The notes under the pieces were generated by a model that was given only the letters and a program-made list of their open reading frames with translations, did no database searches and was not told the DNA's origin. A DNA stretch of 64,000 bases, from assembly GCF_009914755.1 (NCBI RefSeq), contig NC_060927.1; one strand, written 5' to 3'. This DNA comes from the human T2T-CHM13v2.0 reference genome, Homo sapiens. The translations under genes were made by a program, and so were the position numbers. How positions within the stretch are numbered: the stretch's first letter is position 1; the number at the start of each line of letters is the position of its first letter. Positions 43,564 to 58,149 of this stretch are shown here, piece after piece.

Positions 43564-43921
43564 ACTTGCATATGTTTGTATGTGATTGTAGGGGTGAGTG
43601 TGTACTGGAGGCTGCTTCCCCGGCTGGCTTTCCCTCACTGGCGCCTTGTTGTTTCCCTTTAGGTGTCCCCGTCTCGTGGCGGCCCCTTCCAGTTATTTTC
43701 TCCCACTTTGAGAGGCCTTCAGAAATGAAGGGAAGCTTGGACGGTTCTCAACATGCTACCCTAAGCCCTGTCATCTGGCTTTCTGGAATGCCAGAAATTT
43801 TGTGGGCACATTTCCCAAATCAGAGCAGAAAAGCAAAATCAACAAATTTGGGTGACTCTGGAAACATTGCTAGAAAACGCAGGCATCGAAAGGGTTTGGG
43901 GGTTGAAATTTCCAGACCTCA

Positions 43922-44284
<363 letters not shown>

Positions 44285-45147
44285 TTAAAACCAGCCCCAG
44301 CTACCAGGGCCAGCCTGGAGGTAGAGTTCTCTAGGACGCCAGCCAGCCCACAGGGGACATCCCTGCTTTCCCTGCCCTACCCCTACTCCAGACCTACCTC
44401 TGTTGACCTGTTCTTCAGGCTCCAGGGCTTTTTCCCTACCCAAAAGATGTTGCCTTGATGGTTCTTACCCATAGGAACCTCCACAGGTGATGATCTTCCA
44501 CAGGCACCTCCATCTCCTGCCTCGTTTCCCCGCCTCCCGCTCCCCGACCCGGGACTCCAGCCCTAACCTTGGCCATTGACTAGGTGGGACAGGGAGACCT
44601 CAAAGGAGCTGAAGAGCTTTTCCTTAAATGTTCCTGGGACGTTAAAATACCTCAACAGTAATAGAGACTTTTTAAGTGGAAGAAAATGCCAAAAATAGAG
44701 CTGGTCAAAATGCTGCAAAATGCTCCATGCCAAACTCAGAACGACAGAGTAGAGAGGATAGATTCTCCTTAGCAACACTCTGGCCAATTAATTCAACTCC
44801 CTGTATTCTCCCCCAGCAATATGCCTTCCCAGAGTCTCTCCCTTGCCCCCACTCCTTAAGGAAGATAATTAACATCCGAGCAGAGGTCTCTGAATGACAT
44901 TCTGTCAGTGCTTCTGTCTAGTTCAGTACCATTTCTGACAATGACTTATGAAATGGAAATAATGTTTTAAATGTAAATTTCTTAATTATAGAAGTTAAGT
45001 TTCATTTAAGAAAAATTTTTAAATAGAGAAAAGAAAATAAAAAAACACTCATAATACCCCCACCCTAACACAACCACTGCCATCATATTTGTGCTTTTCC
45101 TGTCATCTCTGTCCCTATAAATAAGTTTTATTCTAACGTCGTGAGGT

Positions 45148-45640
45148 TTGTCTTGGCCTGGTTTCCCCAGAATGCAGAGACTGAGACAAAGGTTTCCATG
45201 CAAGTATTTTATTGACAAATGTGATTCCAGGGAGCAAAAGCAAACGGTGAGGGAGCAAAGCAGACAAGGCTGAATGATGGAACTGGCCACAGCTGAGTAC
45301 AACTCAGAACCATCTGAGGAGCCACATCAATGAGCGAGGAAAGAAAGAAGGAAGCATTTTTCCATGGCTTCCCAGCCCCCATTTGTCAAAGGCTTTCCCC
45401 ATGGGGTGTTGACTCCGCCACACTTCTGGACTGCCCTTGCATCAGTGCTGAGTGGATTTCCTCTAAGTCCAAGCAATGATGTCAACAGAGAAGCCCCAAG
45501 GTGAGAGGCTAGAGAAATGGGGCATTTATCAGGGTGCACCGGTGAGAAGCTGACTGGAATTGACCCACAACTGGTTACTCCAGCAGTGGCTAGACTAAGA
45601 GATAGGTGGGGCCAAGAGGACCTGAAGAGGTGTTCAATAC
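45148..45640 (-). mobile_element. LTR16-like ERVL LTR
   Basis: TTTCCCCAGAATGCAGAGACTGAGACAAAGG...GCAAGTATTTTATTG. Confidence 0.6.
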
Positions 45641-46356
45641 AGTCTTTGTGATGCACATGTAATTTTATTACTGGCTTTTTCACTGAACATTATATATTTT
45701 CCATATTGATCAATATTTCTCATAAGTTTTAATGGTTGCTTGTTAATTTTCTAAGTAGATGGAAAGAGGCACATTTTGAATATAACTAGTTTCTACACAT
45801 TGTGTCATTTACAAACCAGTGACAAGTCAGCCCGCTGAAATGACCTATGAAGGGTCATTTTATACCTTTGTAGCATGTAAGGAATTGCCTTTCCTCAACC
45901 CATGTGGGGAGTGGGAGGACATTAATCTCAGTGCTAAACATTTCTGCTTCTATTTCAGCTATCTTTGGAACACAGACATCTTTGGAACAGGTTGATGATT
46001 GGAAGTCAAGGAATGAAAAAAAACTTACTGATTTCAGGGTTCTAAAGAAAATCTATCCCTTTTCCTTCTCCCCAGTGACAATATTTAGTAGGATTGTTAG
46101 AGAACCCTGGATAAAGACAGGATTAGGACTGCCTTCTCCACTTCTCATCCATTCAACAAGTATTTATTGAGTACCCGCTGTATGTCAAGTACGGCACCAG
46201 GCACTGGGGACCCAGAAATAAAGGACCATCCCTGTCCTCAGGCCATCTGGTGGACACAGGCATGTAAACGATCAAATATTGTCATGACAATGCTATAATA
46301 GGAAGCCCAGGACACAGGAAGGTAAGAGGTGGTTTGACAGTTATTCATCAAATGGG

Positions 46357-46825
46357 TGTATCATTAATGTATTGCAGCACAAAAAATTACCCTAAAACTT
46401 AGCTACCAAAAACAATCATAAATATTATCTCCCATGGTTTTGGTGGGTCCAGAATTGAAGAACACTTTAGCTAGGTGGTTCTGACTCAGGGTTCTGCACA
46501 ATGTTGAATCAAGGTGCCAGCCAGAGCTGTAGCCATCTGAAGGCTTGACTGGGACTCAAGGATCTGCTCCCAAAAAGGCTCCCTCACATGGCAGTTAGCA
46601 GGAAGCCACAACTTCTCACCATGTAAAACTGAACTGCTTGAGTGTCCTTGTGAAATGGTAGCTAGCTGCCCCAGAGCAGGTGACCCTTGAAAAGGAGATT
46701 GACATAGCCTCAGTAATCATATACCATCACTTCCACCCTCTTATATTAGTCCAGCAGGATGCTATTCAGTATAGAGAAGGACTACTCAATGGAAGTGGAG
46801 ATCATCTTGGATGCTAGTTACCACA
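46357..46825 (-). mobile_element. MLT1 (F/H-like) LTR; donor 1 of the templated insertion
   Basis: CATCTGAAGGCTTGACTGGG...CCATCACTTCCACC...TTACCACA. Confidence 0.75.
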
Positions 46826-47171
46826 ATGGTTGATGGATTCCTTCAATTGCCATTTATTAAGCACCTGCCTGGAGCATGGCATTCATTCAGGACTGGGAAT
46901 ACCAGCATTGTCCGGAGTAATTGAGTTCAGTAACCAAGTCTTTGTTCAATTTTGTATCTCCGGGGCCTGGAACACAGAAAGCCTCAATAAATGCTTATTT
47001 ATTTGTCAAAAGGAAGTAAAATATACAGTTAGGAGCTGGGTCTCTGGAGCCGGTCTGCCTTAGTTCAACTCCAGGCTCCTCCTTTGCACGCTGATGCTTT
47101 TCCAATAAATCTTGTTTAACCAAAGTTGGTTTGTGTTGCTTACAATCGAGAACTCTGATACAGTCTTAGTT

Positions 47172-48190
47172 TTTCCACCTATGTACTTTTACTAGTTCAG
47201 GATCCTATCCAGGACTCCACATTGCATTTAGTTGTCCTGTGTCCTTAGCCTCCTTTAGCCTGGGACAGCTCCTCAGTCTCGCCTTGTCTCTTCTGACCTT
47301 GCCACTTCTGAAGAGTGCTGGTCAGTTATTTTGTGGAATGTTCCTCATGAGGAGCCATATGAAGACCTTCAATGATCAGGGAGAGAAAGAAAGAAGGATT
47401 TTTCCATTGATCCCTTTTGGGATTGTCTGAGGTTTTGTCATGATTAGACTGAGGTAATGCATTTTGGATAAGAACACAACAGAAGTGATATTGTGAATCA
47501 TATTAGAGACACATGGTAGCAACATGTCTTAGTACTGGTGATGTTGACCTTGATAATTTGGCTAAGGTTATGTCTGCTCCCTTTCTGTTTTCCCTTTGTA
47601 ATTGATAATTATCTTGTGGCAAGATACTTTGAGACTATGCAGATATCCTGTTTCTCATCACTCTTTTGCCCAGCCAGAGCTGTAGCCATCTGAAGGCTTG
47701 ACTGGGACTCAAGGATCTGCTCCCAAAAAGGCTCCCTCGCATGGCAGTTAGCAGGAAGCCACAACTTCATTCAGGACTGGGGATACCAGCATTGCCAGGA
47801 GTAATTGAGTGCGGTAACCAAGCCTTTGTTCAATTTTGTATCTCCAGTGCCTGGAACATGGCAGGGTGCAGTGGCTCATGCCTGTAATTTTAGTATTTAT
47901 TGATGGTTTATGACAACAGTTATTACTGTGCTATTTGCCTAATGCTGATTTCCTATCTCCATCATTCTGTCTACATTTTAAATTGGAATCCTACTGTAAA
48001 GAGGAGCTATCCCTTCTCATTTTGTATTTATTCAAGTATTTATTTCTATCAATATGGACTCATGGATATTTATTTTATTTTATAGATGATAATCCTTTCC
48101 TATCATTATTTATTGCTCAAATTAGCTCAGATTTGGCCATTGGGAATTCTCTCAAGTTGGCTGCTTTATGTATGGTAGTATTTTTAAAGT
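47172..48190 (-). mobile_element. L1MC-like 3' UTR fragment, interrupted by a templated insertion
   Basis: CAGGATCCTATCCAGGACTCCACATTGCATTTAGTTGTC and GATACTTTGAGACTATGCAGATATCCTGTTTCTC. Confidence 0.8.
47670..47888 (+). repeat. Composite local duplication of three donor segments (46517-46615, 46882-46974, 48633-48665)
   Basis: Manual alignment: 98/99, 85/93 and 33/33 identical; junction microhomologies CCA, TTC, ACA, TAAT. Confidence 0.93.
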
Positions 48191-48197
48191 ATCTTCA

Positions 48198-48472
<275 letters not shown>

Positions 48473-48509
48473 AAAATATCTTTATTTTTATCATAAAAGC
48501 AATATATGC

Positions 48510-48590
48510 CTGGATAAATGGTACATAAAACCTCTCTGTACTATTTTTGTAACTTCCTATAAATCTATAATTATTTCTAAAACAAAGTAA
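48510..48590 (+). mobile_element. About 80-bp, heavily 5'-truncated old L1 3' end with TSD
   Basis: CTCTCTGTACTATTTTTGTAACTTCCTATAAATCTATAATTATTTC flanked by AAAAG(C/T)AATATATGC at 48495-48509 and 48591-48605. Confidence 0.75.
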
Positions 48591-48636
48591 AAAAGTAATA
48601 TATGCTTATCATTTAAAAATTTCAGGAAATTTACAT

Positions 48637-48948
<312 letters not shown>

Positions 48949-50214
48949 TCATCATCTCCTCTCTTAAACATAATGTGTGTCTGTATTCTGATATTTTTCT
49001 CTACACACCATTTTCATATCATTTTAATTGCCATCATAACTTAATTGTGGCAACTCAGCACCAACATTCGAGTTTTGTAATGGAGAGAATGTGGGCCAGA
49101 GAAACAGAGATTAATAAAACCATTAACACCACCAGCTCTGATTTGCATGTGTCCACCCCATACACTCGGGCTCTCCCGGTGCTTGGCCTCATCTATTCCC
49201 TCCCCCAGCCATGTTAGGGAGGATGGTGTGGGCAGTGCTGATCAGTGGGGGTATTGGGAGGGTCTTGATCTACTGTATCAGGGAGAAGAAAGTATCAACG
49301 TCATTAGAAACAAAAGGAATTGAGCTTCTAAATTCAGGAAAATATACACAGATCAGGCTGACTTTGCAGAGGGAGAGAGAGAGATTATTAGAGGGAGAGA
49401 AGAGAAAATCAGAAAATGTTAAAATGTTACATTCTTGCTACCAGGAAACAGAGGGTATGCAAGAACCCTGTGGGTGTTTAACCAAACAGTGTTAAGGTTC
49501 GGTCAAGGATGGACTTCTCGCCTCCACTCTGGGTTGCCCTGACAACCTCCTCCTTCTGGAATTGACATTATAGTGAGAAAGAAGGAAAAACAGGCTAATG
49601 AAGAAAACAGTAATTAGAGGCGGAACCAGCTGTGGTCTGGCTTGCTCCATCTTGGGGGAAGGTTGGGGAAGGACCTGGGAGGGGTGGAGGGCTCTTGGGA
49701 TGGTGCTGCAGACAGAGGCATGAGACCTGGAGAGACATTCCTACACAATGGTGAATTTGAGTCTGTGTGCAAGAGACACCAGGGCCTCTCTCAGAAATTT
49801 TGATCCAGCCAGTCAGTGTGAATTAAATCTCAGTGGTGACATATCCTTATTGCTTCACCTGCTCTCTTTGAATTGCTCAAGGATGCTTAGAAGGGAACCC
49901 CATAACCCCAGGCTCAGGAAATAGCCCCCACTCACTCTTCTGGTTGGGCTGAGTCATCCCATCAGCTTTGGGCTTCCCTCTCTCCTTTTCCATCACAAAA
50001 AAAAAAGGACTGGTATCTTCACAGGAGAGAGTGGGAATAGAAAGGGGAATAGACAGTAGTTATTACTCTCTTCTTTTTCCAGATAGGGAAACTGAGGCTG
50101 GGACATTAAGTAACTTGCCCAAGTTCACAAAATTAAGAAGCGGCCGGGATTCAAATCCAGGTCTGATCAATTCAAAGTATTTCCTTGGTAATCACCTCAC
50201 TCTGTGATATAGAG

Positions 50215-50388
50215 CAGTGATTCTCAAACTTTCACTTGCATTGGAATCCCTTGGATGGCTTGTTGGGCCCTACACCCAGAATTTTTGATTTGGTAGCTTT
50301 GGGGTTTGGCTCAAGAATATGCATTTCCAGCAAGTTTCCAGATAGTATTGATTCTACTGGTCCTGGGACCACACTTTGAGAACAGCAT
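50215..50388. mobile_element. MER5A
   Basis: CAGTGATTCTCAAACT...GGGACCACACTTTGAGAAC terminal inverted repeats. Confidence 0.85.
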
Positions 50389-50696
50389 ATGTAAAGCAAG
50401 CTATTTAACCCTTGGACCTCAAGTATAGTCTTTGTAAAAGGAAGAGCAGGACTAGATCTGTTATCTTCAATTCTATCCTGAGGATCCCTCCATTTATCAG
50501 ACATGTCTCAGCCGTGGGACAGAGATAAGGAGTCTTAAGAAGTTCAGGTCCCCTATCCTGACTTCAGGCAAAGCAAGTCCCCTTGAACTCCTTTACATAT
50601 CAGAGTTCCACATGAGATTTTATTGGAAAAGAGATTTCTACTATTAAATAAAAAACCAGGAATTATAAACTACTGAACAAAAAGATGTTAAAATAC

Positions 50697-51065
50697 TGTT
50701 TGTTCCTGATATTTATTGCTGTGGCTTAAAACACTGTTAGTTTATGTCATGTTTTTGTGAATCAGGAATCTGGGCAGAGCTCAGCTGGGTAGGTCTACTC
50801 TTCGTGGTGCCCACTGAGGTTATTCAGTGGTACTAAGAATATTTGTCCCCGTGAATATGTATTATTCTTGGAGCACCAGGCCCAGAGTAAGGGATCCAAG
50901 CGGCAGAAAGAGGAAGGAACTGATCTTTTAACTCGAGCCTGGAAACTGGCACAGCGTCATCCTGCTGTCTTCTGTCACATAATCAACAGAGCTCCCCCTC
51001 CCCAGATTCGAGGAGAGGGAACAAGACCCCTCTTCTCAGCGGACATGATATTTTGTGGCCTTCTT
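50697..51065 (-). mobile_element. Old MLT1 LTR
   Basis: TCAGGAATCTGGGCAGAGCTCAGCTGGG and CCTGGAAACTGGCACAGCGTCA. Confidence 0.6.
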
Positions 51066-51744
51066 TGTTAACTTTTTAAAAATTTGTTGACTTTCATTTT
51101 AGGTTTGGGGGTACATGTGCAGGTTTGTTAATGGGTAAATTGTGTGTGGCTGGGGTTTGGTGTACAAATGATCCCAACACCAAGGGAGTGAGCATAGTAC
51201 CTGATAGTTTTTCAGCCTTCACCCTATTCCGCCTTCCCCACTCTAGTAGTCCTCAGCGTCTATTGTTCTCATCTTTGTGTCAGTGTTTAGCTCCGACTTA
51301 TAAGTGAGAACATGCAGTATTTGGTTTTCTGTTCCTGCATTAATTTGCTTAGGATAATGGCCTCCAGCTGCATCCATATTGCTGCAAAGGACATGTTTTG
51401 TTCTTTTTTATGGCTGCATAGTATTCCATGGTGTATATGTACTGCATTTTCTTTATCTAGTCCACAATTGATGGGCATTTAGGTTGATTCCATGTCTTTG
51501 CTATTGTGAATAGTGCTGTGATGACCATACTGAGTGCATGTATCTTTTTGGTAGGATAATTATTTTTCTTTAGGTATATACCCAGTAATGGGATTGCTGG
51601 GCCAAATGGTAGTTCCATTTTAAGTTATCTGAGAAATCTTCAAACTGCTTTCCACAGTGGCTTGAAATAATTTGCATTCCCACCAACAGTGTATAAGCGT
51701 TCCCTTTTATCCGTAATCTCATCAACATCTGTTATTTTGTAACT

Positions 51745-52077
51745 TTTTTGGGGGGGGTGGTTTTGGGTTTTTTTCTTTTTTTTTTTTTTTTTTTTGAAAC
51801 AAGAGTCTTGCACTGTTGCCCACGCTGAAGTGCAGTGGCAAGATCTCAGCTCACTGCAACCTCCACTTCTAGGTTCAAGCAATTCTTGTGCCTCAGCCTC
51901 CCAAGTAGCTGGGATTACAGGCATGTGCCATCACACTTGGCTAATTTTTGTATTTTCAGTTGAGACAGGGTTTCTCCATGTTGGCCATGCTGGTCTCAAA
52001 CTCCTGGCCTCAAGTGATCTGCCTGCCTCAGCCTCCCAAAGTGCTGGGATTACAGGTGTGAGCCACCATGCCCAGCC
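51745..52077 (-). mobile_element. AluS (Sz-like) in L1
   Basis: Antisense dimer; G-rich patch in tail; degenerate TSD. Confidence 0.93.
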
Positions 52078-52386
52078 TATTTTTTGACTTTCTAATAACA
52101 GCCATTCTGACTCTGGTGTGAGATGGTATCTCATTGTGATTTTGATTTGCATTTCTCTATTGATTAGTGATGTTGAGCATTTTTTCATATATTTGTTGGC
52201 TGCATGTATGTCTTCTTTTGAGAAATGTCTGTTCATGTCCTTTGCCCATTTTTAATGGGGTTAAGTTCCAATAGATTCTTAGACCTTTGTTGGATGCGTA
52301 GTTTGCTAATATTGTCTCCCATTCTGTAGGTTGTCTGTTTATTCTGTTGACAGTTTCTTTTGCTGTGCAGAAGCTCTTTAGTTTAA

Positions 52387-52725
<339 letters not shown>

Positions 52726-52816
52726 TAGTCATAAATTATTTGCCAAGGCCAATGTCCAGAATGGTATTTCCTAGTTTTTCTTCTACGAGTTTTATAGTTT
52801 TAGGTCTTACATTTAA

Positions 52817-53143
<327 letters not shown>

Positions 53144-54555
53144 TAAGTTAACTTTTGTATATGGTGAAAGGTAGGGATCCAGTTTCAGTCTTCTGCATAT
53201 GGCTAGCCAGTTGTCCCAGCACCATTTATTGAATAGGCAGTCCTTTCCCCATTGCTTGTTTTGTCAACTTTGTTGAAGATCAGATGGCTGTAGGTGTATG
53301 GATTTATTACTAGATTATCTATCCTGCTCCGTTGGTCTATTTATTTGTTTTTGTACCAGTACCATGCTGTTTTGGTTACTGTGGCCTTGTAGTATAGTTT
53401 GAAATCAGGTAATGTGATGCCTCCAGCTTTGTTCTTTTTGCTTAAGATTGCTTTGGCTATTCAGGCTCTTTTTTTGTTACATATGAATTTTAGAATAGTT
53501 TTTTCTAATTCTGTGAAAAATGATATTGGTGGTTTGATAGGAATAGTGTTGAATCTGTAAATTGCTTTGGGCCGTATGGTCATTTTATCAATACTGATTC
53601 TTTCAATCCATGAGCACAGAATGTTTTTTCGTTTGTGTCATCTCTGATTTCTTTCAGCAGTGTTTTGTAATTCTCATTGTAGAGATCTTTCATCTCTTTG
53701 GTTAACTGTATTCCTAGGTATTTTATTCTTTTTTGTGTGCGCCTATTGTAAATGGAATTGCATTCTTGATTTGCCTCTCAGAATATTATCTTACAGAAAT
53801 GCTATTGATTTTTGTTCATTGATTTTTTACCCTGAAACTTTACTGAAGTCATTTATCAGTTCTAGGAGCCTATTGGCAGAGTCTTTAGAGTATAGGTGTA
53901 GAATCATATTGTCTGCAAAGAGAGATAATTTGACTTCCTCTCTTCCTATTTAGGTACCTTTTATTTCTTTCTCTTGCTTGATTGCTCTGGCTAGGACTTC
54001 CAGTACTATGTTAAATAAGAGTGGTGAGACTGGGGATCCTTATCTTGTTCCAGTTCTCAAGGGGAATGCTTACAGCCTTTGCCCATTCAATATAATGTGG
54101 CTGTGGGTTTGTCACAGATGCCTGTTATTATTTTGAGGTATGTTCCTTTGATGCCTAATTTCTTGATGGTTTTTAACATGAAGGGATGTTGAATTTTATC
54201 AAAAGCCTTTTCTGCATCTATTGAGGTGATCATGTGGTTTTTGTTTTCAGTTCTATTTATGTGGTGAAACATGTTTATTATTTGTATATGTTGAACCAAC
54301 CTTGCATCCCAGGAATAAAGCCTACTTGATCATGATGAATTAACTTTTTGATGTGCTGCTGGATTCAGCATGATAGTATATTGTTGGAGGGTTTTTGCAT
54401 CTATGTCCATCAGGAACATTGACTTGAAGTTTTCTTTTTTCATGTGTCTCTGCCATGTTTTGGTATTAGAATGATGCTGGCTTTGAAGAATGAGGTAGGA
54501 AGGAGTCCTTTCTCCTCAATTTTTTGGAATAATTTCAGTAGGATTGAGACTAGCA

Positions 54556-54894
<339 letters not shown>

Positions 54895-55180
54895 TGAATC
54901 CTTTTGGTCCAGGGCATTTTTTGGTTGGTAAGTTTTTAATTGATTCAATTTCAGAACTCGTTAATTGGTCTGTTCAGAATTTCGGTTTCTTCCTGCTTCA
55001 ATCTTGGGAGGTTGTATGTTTCCAGGAATTTATCCATTTCTTCTAGATTTTCTAGTTTGAGTGCATAGAGGTGTTCATAATAATCTGAGGATTTTTGCGT
55101 TTCTGTGGAGTTGGTTGTAACGTCACCTTTCTCATTTCTGATTGTGCTTATTTGGATTTTCTCTCTTCTTTCCTCTGGGC

Positions 55181-55358
55181 TTTTTTGTTTTGTTTTGGTT
55201 TGGTTTTTGTTGTTGTTGTTGTTGTTGTTTTTCTTTTTAGCAGAGACAGAGTTTTGCCACGTTGGCCAAGCTAGTCTTGAAATCTTGGCCTCAAGTGATC
55301 TGTCTGCCTTGGCTTCCCAAAGTGCTGGGATTACAGGCATGAGCCACCATGCTTGGCC
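55181..55358 (-). mobile_element. Alu left monomer only, with a (TTG)n tail, in L1
   Basis: Left-arm sequence directly followed by an expanded T/TTG tract; no right arm. Confidence 0.85.
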
Positions 55359-55651
55359 TTCTTTTTAGTCTTGCTAGCAGTCTATAAATATTGTCAATTC
55401 TTTCAAACAGCCAACTTTTGGTTTCATTGATCTTTTGTATGGATTTTCACATCTTAATTTCTTTCAGTTCTGCTCTGATTTTAGTCATTTCTTTTTTTCT
55501 GCTGTTTTGGGATTGGTTTGCTCTGGTTTTTCTAGTTCCTCCAGGTGTGATGTTAGGTAGTTGATTTGAGACCTTTCTAACTTCTTGATGTAGGCAATTA
55601 AATGCTATAAATTTTTCTCTGTACACTGCTTTAGCTGTGTCACAAAGATTA

Positions 55652-55914
55652 TTATTATATATTTTTTTGAGTCAGAGTCTCCCTCTCTTGCCCAGGTTGG
55701 ACTGCAATGGCGTGATCTTGGCTCACTGCAACCTCCAACTCCTAGGTTCAAGCGATTCTCGTGCCTCAGCCTCCTGAGTAGCTGGGATTACAGGCATGTG
55801 CCACCATGCCTGGCTAATTTTTTGTATTTTTAGTAGAGACAGGGTTTCACCGTTTTGGCCAGGCTGGTCTCAAACTCCTGATTTCAATTAGAGGCATGAG
55901 CCACTGTGCCCGGC
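55652..55914 (-). mobile_element. AluS with about 40 bp deleted from the left arm, in L1
   Basis: TSD CAAAGATTAT; CTCCTGATTTCAATTAGAGGCATGAG marks the deletion. Confidence 0.92.
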
Positions 55915-56544
55915 CCCAAAGATTATGTTTTGTTGTCTCTCTGTTTTCGTTAGTTTCAATTTTTTTAAAAAATTTCTGCCTTAATTTTGTTCTTTACCCA
56001 AAAGTCATTCAGGAGCCAAGTTGCCTAATTTCCATGCATTGTATGGTTTTGAGAGGTCTTCTTGGTATTGATTTCTGTTTTTATTGTACTGTGGTCCAAG
56101 AGTATGGCTGGTATAATTTCAATTTTTAAAAATTTGTTGAGATTTGCTTTATGGTTGAGCATGTGGTTGACCTTAGAGTATGTGCCATGTGCAGATGAGA
56201 AGAATGTATAGTTTGTTATTTTGAGGTGGAGTATTCTGTAGATATCTATTAGGCCCAATTGGTCAAGTGTCAACTTTAGGTCCAGAATATCTGTTAGTTT
56301 TCCGCCTTGATGATTTAACACTGTCAGTGGGATGTTGAGGTCTCTATTATTGTGTAGTTATTTAAGTCTTTTTGCAGGTCTCTAAGGGGCAAGGAACTGA
56401 AGATGTCTCACACCTTGCTGTGGAGGTCAGAGGGCTCCAGAAACTTTGCTCTTCTGACCACAGGCTACTCATCTTCCTAGATCCCGTTTTGGGGACTTGA
56501 GGAATGAACAGCCAGAAGGATGTTTGGCCATTACAGGGGCAGGA

Positions 56545-56835
56545 CAGCACTCAAATCACCTCCTCCAGGAAGCCTTTCCTGATCTATTCCTTCCCTGCCT
56601 GCCCTCCTCTTTATCTCCAGGCTGAGAGATGTGTGGCTTCTCTGTATTCTGTAGCCACTGCGTGCTTACCATCATCACAGAGTGAAAGGCTTCATTGTCT
56701 GTCTCCACTAGTAGACCCTGAGCTCCTGAGAATGTTCTTTGGTGTCTTTTTTCTCTTTATCCCCAGGACATTGTTTAGCACAATGGTGTTTAGCACAATA
56801 CAGGATGTTCAGACACTGTCTGGTGGATTGAATTG
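56545..56835 (+). mobile_element. L2 3' fragment
   Basis: CAAATCACCTCCTCCAGGAAGCCTTTCCTGAT...TGTCTGTCTCCAC. Confidence 0.65.
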
Positions 56836-57384
56836 AGTTGTTCATATGTGGTTAGTTCAATTCAGAAGAAAGTGTGGTTATTTTTATTGGGATTAGTCTT
56901 TGCCTTTGGATCTGCTAAGCAAATTTAATATGTAAATAGGACTCAGGTGAAGAGATGTTAAGTACTCTTTAAAAAAATATTTTCCAAGAGCTTTGGCAGT
57001 CTCTATTTGATGAACAGTTGGTTAATTTCAAATGATTTAAATGTATTTATTCAAGTAGATTCAATAGAACTAATCTCTAGTAGGCAAAATTCTGTTAATT
57101 CTTCTTTTCTTGTATTGTGTAGCCTTAGAAGTCATTCACTTCGATTTCATTTCCCTTCTTTCCTTCCTTCCCTCCTACCTTCCTTTTTTCCTTCCTTTTT
57201 CTTGGTAAGTTTCATTACTCAAGCTTCCCACTCATTCAGATGGGCCTTTGCCCCCATAATTAAAAGACTGAGTAAGCACTGGGAAGTAACCAGTGGTCAT
57301 GTGTCTTGACTTTATTTCTGCATGGCTTTGATGTTGCAATCGGCTCTGTTACACCGGATCTATCAGTTAGCTCTCTGTTGCTCA

Positions 57385-57535
57385 CAGGGTTGCCCATGCA
57401 ACGGCAGCATCAGCATTCCCTGGGAACCTGTTAGAAATGTAGAATCTTAGGCCCAGAATCTCAGATCCAGGCTCAGGGATCACCCAGACCATTTGATCCC
57501 AGGGTGATTCATGAACATACATGTTTGAGAAGCAG
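57385..57535. mobile_element. MER5A/B remnant
   Basis: GCAGCATCAGCATTCCCTGGGAACCTGTTAGAAATGTAGAATCTTAGGCCC. Confidence 0.7.
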
Positions 57536-58149
57536 AGTTTTAACTAACCTGAACAATGACTCTCCCCAGGCCCATACTTTGTACAGGATGTGGTAACTGA
57601 ACCAGGAATTGAATACGTACCTTTTTGCAGTTTATCAGTACTAATTCACCTGTACCTTTGCTGGATCTACACACCAAACAGGTTTCCTTGCTTACCCAAC
57701 CCACAACTCCTGGAAGGGGCAGCCCTACATATAATACCAGGGGCTGGTATTCTTGAGAGCTTACATTGCACCAGGCATGGTACCTTCTGCTTTATATGTG
57801 TTCTTACTCCTTATAGCAGACCTGTGAGATAGGTACCACACCTACCCCCTTGTTTGTAGACAAAAAGCTGAGGTTTAGAGAGGTGAAATGGTTTGTTTGC
57901 TGCCAGCCAGCAGAGTGCTGGCCTGTAAAAAGGGCTCTATAATTGAGGGCTGTTAGCATCCTCATCCTATTTCTGGGGACAGGGTGATCCAGATTTAAAT
58001 GGCTACAGAACAGTCCAGTGGACTGGCAGATTGCATTGTGGTGGTAATTACCTGCTTTCAACCCTTTGTGAGCTCTAGAATGGCATTCCCCTATCAGGGC
58101 TGAGGGCCGGGGGACACTATCTCATTGCCTGGCCAGTCCCAAGGTTGCT

